A DNA stretch of 63,542 nt, the filler included, from Stramenopiles sp. TOSAG23-2 (lineage: Eukaryota): assembly GCA_900128395.1 (NCBI GenBank). It is 19 parts of 19 records of this genome, joined end to end, with 100 filler letters (N's around TTAATTAATTAA, not from the genome) between each part and the next. Parts side by side here need not be neighbours in the genome. Positions count along the whole stretch, not along the records: positions 55,586 to 58,937 come from LT651243.1; positions 59,038 to 62,388 come from LT651244.1; positions 62,489 to 63,542 come from LT653885.1; 16 more parts are not named here. One strand, written 5' to 3'. Shown in pieces: positions 58,192-63,542 of the stretch. The notes beneath the pieces are model-generated. The model ran no database searches and had not been told where the DNA came from. It saw only the letters and a list, made by a program, of their open reading frames with translations. The position numbers and the translations under genes are program-made. How positions within the stretch are numbered: position 1 is the stretch's first letter; each line of letters opens with the position of its first letter.

Positions 58192-59566
58192 ATCAATTAC
58201 ACATACTTAAAAAATGCAAAGGGATAATCTCTCATCATCTCTGTTGACGTTTCTGTTAATGGCATTAGGAATGTTTCTGTTCTCGAAAGGCGGCATTGCT
58301 ATTAATTTTTATGATTAATTGTTATGATTTTGTTTTGTTTTGTAATTCTAATTATATAAATAAAAATTTATCTTTAAAAAGTTTTATTTTATTCTTGTTT
58401 GTTTTTTTTATATATATATATATAGTTTCTTTTTTTTCATCTATATGATTTGTCTCTCTCTCTATATATATATTCTGTACAATTTGTGTAACACTATCAT
58501 AACACCTCATAAAAAATAAAAAATGTTAGAAAAACAAAAGTGCAAAAATACAAAAGTCACAATGTCGGTTCGCCCTGATAATGCTATTTGCTGCATAAGA
58601 GATAGGACCTCGAAAAAAACTATTAATACCTTAAAAGATGGAAGGAATTAAAACATTTCTCTCTGGTTATTAAAAAAACAAAAAAAAAAAAGAAAAAAAT
58701 GTGGGTTAATTAATAATTTCGAGGCAAACTTTTTTTTTTTGCATTCTAATTAATACAGAGGCATTGCCCGAGTGCCCGAGTCATATTTTTGTATATATAC
58801 AGTACGAAGTAGAGAGGACCCGATCTAGTACCGAAGTATATTATTTGTATTAATACTTATAATAATATATATAATATATATAGATCAAAACCGCGGCTTT
58901 TTGCCACAACCGTGCACTTCAAGATCTTTACCCAAATNNNNNNNNNNNNNNNNNNNNNNNNNNNNNNNNNNNNNNNNNNNNTTAATTAATTAANNNNNNN
59001 NNNNNNNNNNNNNNNNNNNNNNNNNNNNNNNNNNNNNTTCGATGTTGATAAGGATGTCATGATGTTGTATTTACAAATTACATATGTTATATGTATATAT
59101 ATATATATATATACGTATGTGATATATTGATATCTTTGAAGTATATACTTTTATGTTTTTAAAAATATAATACAGTAAGTATATCGATAATATTTTAAGT
59201 GGATATGCGCACATGCCGGAGAGAAGAAAAAACAAACCGGAACCTTAGTATACAAATATACATACTTAATATATTTTTTAAAAAAGTAAGACGGATTTCA
59301 TAAATTTTTCCTTATTATAATTATGATGCCATATAGAAAGAAAAATCAATCAATAATAAACAACAAATAATAATGTAATAATAATAATAGCTAAAAAAAA
59401 CTATAAAATTAATTTGAGAAAGCTACATATACATACACACATTTTTTGTTTTACGAAGCTATTTTTCCATTTTCCAATATTGTCTTGTCACCTTATATAT
59501 ATATATATATACATACATATACATATATATACATATATTTATATATACATAACCAAGTTGAAAGGA

Positions 59567-61122
59567 ATGATGATGAATAATAGAAAAAAATATACTGTAA
59601 ATACTGATGATGAAAATATTACTAATGGTGAAAAACAAAATAATAACTCTATATTGATGATGCAAAATAATAATAACAACAACATACTGCCACCACGTAT
59701 TGTTACGAAAAAAGATATATTAAAAGAAATGCCATTTCTTGCTCGTTATTTATTAAACATAATGTTGTTATTAGAACCTCCAAACAATATGAAACGAATA
59801 ATGTTGAAATATTTTATAACTATTGTAACTATTTTTATTGGAATAGGTGGAGCTATTGGTTTACATGAATTTGAAATTAAAAATAATAATAATAGTAGTA
59901 GTAATGATGGTGGTGCTACTATTACTAACAACAACAATGCAACTACAACAACAACAAGTACAATCATTAGGCCTAACTTTACATCATTTTCATTTGCGTA
60001 TTTTTTTTGTTTTACACTTGTATGGCCATTGACAAATTACTATGTTTATTTTTATTTTGAAAACAATAGTATTAAATCAGAATTTTTGAATGCATATACA
60101 CGATTACCTTTGAAAAAAAAACAAAAAGCATATACAATATTAAAATATTTCTTTGGAATTTGGGTTTTCTATTTTTTATTTGCATTATCGTTAGAAATAT
60201 TTATAACAATTCCAATCATATCAAATTATCAATCAAATGCATTGATGATGTATAAAATAATTCATATTATCTTATATTTATATCATTTTTCATTTGGTAG
60301 TATCAATTGTTGTTGTTGTTTAATCTTTATTGTGACAGTTATGAATTCTTTTCAAGCAAATGAAATTTATTTACAATTAGAAGAAAAAATGATACAATCA
60401 ATATTGAAATATACAATGATTGCATCATTAGAAGTCGGGGATAATGACAATAACAATATCAATAACAATGATGAAGTCTTAGATATAACATTAAAACGGA
60501 AACATGCAAAAATATTAATAAATCAATTGCAAAAGAAATTGAAAAATTTAATTGAAAATATGAAATTTACAGTAAATACATTAGGCAATATGATTGCAAA
60601 CATGCAAAAATATTAATAAATCAATTGCAAAATAAATTAAATACATTAAGTGAAAATATGAAATTTACAGTAAATACATTAGGCAATATGATTGCATTAT
60701 GGAATATTACTTTTGTGATTACAATTGTATTTCGAATATTAGATCCATTAAATGTATCGTTGCAAGGAAAATCTGTACCAATTGCGGAAGTTATTTCAAT
60801 CATTGTATTAGTAGCATCATTGTCTGTTCCGCTGCAATTGTATTTAACATTAACAATGGTACCATCATTAGCATTTACAAAATTTATTAATAAATTACAC
60901 GAGCCTTCCATTTTATTGATATTATCTGAATGTTATATTAAAAATCATTCAGCATTACAACTTTTCTTTGATGGTTTACAAATAAAACGAAATGATTTGA
61001 TTTGGAAATATTTTGGCATTGGTGTTACATTTCAATTGTATCGTAATATTTTCAGTGCATTAGGTAGTTTAATTACCATTTGTGCATATTTAATTATCAG
61101 AGGTATGTCAACAACAGGATAG
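59567..61122 (+). CDS. Seven-TM membrane protein (gustatory-receptor-like/7TMIC candidate); split by a 98-bp duplication
   Basis: Four TMs in the first ORF, a long loop, three TMs in the second ORF ending FGIGVTFQLYRNIFSALGSLITICAYLII. The break coincides with the 60500/60598 duplication. Confidence 0.6.
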
Positions 61123-61385
61123 TCGTGTGTGTAGTGTGGTATAAAAAAGAAGTATTGTACAATTCCTTACTTCTTTAGTATCATACTCGTATCTTATTAT
61201 TAGTATTACTAGTATTGCAACTATTTATGAATTTTTTTAATTTTTTTTAGTGATAAAAAAAGTGATAAAAGTGCTCTACCTATACCTGATGGTACTCTTC
61301 TGGGCTGGGGTGCATCATGAACCCCGCTTTAACTTTCTGTTTTGTGAAGATATAAATGCTTGCTCGAACATATTATTATAATATT

Positions 61386-62346
61386 AATTAACAAGAGATG
61401 TAAAACAATGTAAGCAATGGTAAGATGAACAATACCAATGATGAAGTTGCTCTTGCGGCAATACCAATCTCTGTAGTAGTTGGACCTGGTGATGTTGTCG
61501 GTCCTTGTGTAGTCGTTGGTGCTGTGTAAGCAATGGTAAGATGAACAATACCAATGATGAAGTTGCTCTTGCGGCAATATCAATCTCCGCTTCTGTTGTT
61601 GTATCAGTCGACATTGAACTTGTTGAAGTTGATGCGGCGGCACTTGTTGGTCCTTGTGTCGTCGATGATGCTGCACTTGTTGTAGTAGTTGGACCTGGTG
61701 ATGGTGTTGGTCCTTGTGTAGTCGTCGTCGTTGGCCCAGTAGTTGTTGTCGGACCTTGTGTAGTCGTTGTCGTTGGGCCTTGTGTAGTCGTCGGACCTGG
61801 TGATGGTGTTGGGCCATGTGTGGTTGTCGTCGTTGGTGCTGCAGTGGAGGTTGTTGTTGTGACTGTATTCGTAAGTGATAATGCTTGACGTGACACAGTG
61901 CTTTGACCAGGTGCAGTTAATACAGAAACTGTAATGGAACTTACGGATGTAATATCACTTGGAACGGTTAAATATAATGTTAAAGTAGCATCACTATTAC
62001 CTTGTTGATAAAACATTTTTGTCGTACAGTCGGGCTTTGCAGTATATCCACTTGGTGTAGCTTGTGAACCTTGCTCTTTTGACAATGTACCAGCGGATGT
62101 GTGAACAACTACACCACTTGCTAAATTTGCCAAGGTTACCGTAATTTTTGCATCTCCTTGATTATATGTACTTGTGTCAAACGTAATTAAATTTCCTGGT
62201 TCTGTTGGAGTTTGACCCATAATCGAATTTGTCGTCATGACATTCTTATTACTGCCAGAAACAACTAAATCACACCCAGGTTTACTTGGATATGCTTCTG
62301 CAGCATATACAATAAATGCCAAAAATAAAGCTATTTTTAGCAGCAT
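61386..62346 (-). CDS. Secreted Reeler-like domain + Thr/Pro stalk, probably GPI-anchored; C-terminus scrambled by a duplication
   Basis: Signal peptide then AYPSKPGC; GPTTTTT repeats. The downstream duplicate encodes IAARATSSLVLFILPLLTLFYISC-stop, a GPI-type tail. Confidence 0.7.
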
Positions 62347-62490
62347 TTTGTTTAAACTTGTATACTTTTAAAGTTAAAAAATATTTTANNNNNNNNNNNN
62401 NNNNNNNNNNNNNNNNNNNNNNNNNNNNNNNNTTAATTAATTAANNNNNNNNNNNNNNNNNNNNNNNNNNNNNNNNNNNNNNNNNNNNCT

Positions 62491-63531
62491 ACAAGTAGAA
62501 CATCAAGAAATAATAATAATAATAATCACCAACAAGCTCAATCATCACAGAATGATGATGATGCGATTACAATAAGAGTCTTTGATTATTTTAATGATGG
62601 AAATCCATCGGAAATACCTACGGTAACACCTTTCAAAATGAAAATGACAACTAAGATGAGTAAAGTCTTTGCAGCACATGCTTCTCGAAATGGTGTCCAA
62701 CTTTCATCTATTCGTTTCCTTTTAGACGCCGAGCGTATCAACCCCGAAGATACTCCACGTTCACTTGGATTGGAGGATCAAGATCAAATAGAGTGTTTAC
62801 CTGAACAATATGGTATGATTGGCCATTTCAAACAACATTCCACAACAACTCGCGGTACTCACTTTCTCAATTCATGTCCATTGCCACAAATCGATACATA
62901 TCCAAAAGAAAATATCGGCAAGTTCAATGCAAATGCAACATTTACATCAGGCGGTACTCACTTTCTCAATTCATGTCCATTGCCACAAATCGATACATAT
63001 CCAAAAGAAAATATCGGCAAGTTCAATGCAAATGCAACATTTACATCAGGCTTTAATATCCTTAACACTACGTTATGTAATAAATTAAAAGAATATGCTG
63101 ATACAAAATACCAAGAATCTCTTGACAAAATTGTTCGTCCAGATGATATCAACAATGGTAAAAATGGTGATTTAAAAATTGATATTGATATGCATACCCT
63201 TGAAACATTAATTGGAAAAAATACTGTTAAAAAAATGTGCCAATTATTCCCTGGAAGTATTGATGAAATAAAAATTCGACGATGTGCTGCACATAAACAA
63301 TGGATTAAATTTCATTATGATCATTTTACAAATATAACAATGCAAGTTCCATTAAATGATGAAAGTGAATATGTAGGTGGAAAATTAGTATTTGTAAATG
63401 GAAATTGTAAAATTAGTGTCCCATCTCGCCCTGCAGGTTCATATACAATTCATGATGATACAATATTACATGGTGTATCAAGACTTGATAGTGGTGTACG
63501 ATATGGATTATTTTTTTTAGGGAGCTATTAA
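62491..63531 (+). CDS. SUMO-like (Rad60-SLD) domain fused to a 2OG-Fe(II) oxygenase; 5'-truncated, with an in-frame 99-bp duplication
   Basis: SUMO-like ITIRV...FKMKMTTKMSKVFAAHASRNG...IRFLLDAERINPEDTPRSLGLEDQDQIEC..EQYG. Oxygenase motifs FHYD, MQVPLN..EYVGGKLVF, LHGVS and GVRYGLF. Confidence 0.88.
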   Translation, partial: TSRTSRNNNNNNHQQAQSSQNDDDAITIRVFDYFNDGNPSEIPTVTPFKMKMTTKMSKVFAAHASRNGVQLSSIRFLLDAERINPEDTPRSLGLEDQDQIECLPEQYGMIGHFKQHSTTTRGTHFLNSCPLPQIDTYPKENIGKFNANATFTSGGTHFLNSCPLPQIDTYPKENIGKFNANATFTSGFNILNTTLCNKLKEYADTKYQESLDKIVRPDDINNGKNGDLKIDIDMHTLETLIGKNTVKKMCQLFPGSIDEIKIRRCAAHKQWIKFHYDHFTNITMQVPLNDESEYVGGKLVFVNGNCKISVPSRPAGSYTIHDDTILHGVSRLDSGVRYGLFFLGSY

Positions 63532-63542
63532 GAAGAAGTACG

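Noticed and set aside
1489-63155. Numerous short overlapping or antisense ORFs and YI-repeat ORFs in the track
   Set aside because: Shadows of real genes or translations of AT microsatellites and N-gaps.
1-63542. Treating TIR, nuclease, helicases and SAM-MORN genes as one defence island or operon
   Set aside because: They are on separate contigs ordered only by length.
1-63542. Alternative genetic code; tRNA or rRNA genes
   Set aside because: Conserved genes end normally at TAA/TAG/TGA with no in-frame stops; no recognisable tRNA or rRNA sequence by eye.

Overview
This is not a continuous locus. It is 19 short contigs (about 3.35-3.39 kb each, sorted by decreasing length; the last is cut by the window) joined by 100-nt N-TTAATTAATTAA-N linkers, so neighbourhood across linkers is meaningless. 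The DNA is AT-rich and eukaryotic, with essentially intron-free genes, poly-Asn tracts and the standard code. It is consistent with a MAG/SAG of a heterotrophic protist (stramenopile/MAST-like; inference). Housekeeping-type genes include a GST-like protein with C-terminal SKL, F-box/Kelch, FIG4-like SAC phosphatase, S1/P1 nuclease, mitochondrial carrier, DHHC acyltransferase, IQ-MYND protein, UPF1-like helicase, parvulin and MAPEG. Mobile remnants are a Helitron Pif1 helicase and several 3' fragments of an RLE-type non-LTR retrotransposon. The best novelty candidate is a TIR - Schlafen-type SF1 helicase - LRR protein (41752-44721), an NLR-like layout with a helicase in place of the STAND ATPase. 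Also notable: a PMP-like beta-helix membrane protein whose repeats vary almost only at non-synonymous sites, a HAD-phosphatase-TDP1 fusion, a candidate gustatory-receptor-like 7TM ion channel, a SAM-coiled-coil-MORN protein, a Vps62/peptidoglycan-binding-like mosaic, and a SUMO-like/2OG-oxygenase fusion. Many 100-230 bp tandem duplications break ORFs and are probably assembly artefacts. All domain calls are by-eye motif recognition; no database searches were run.
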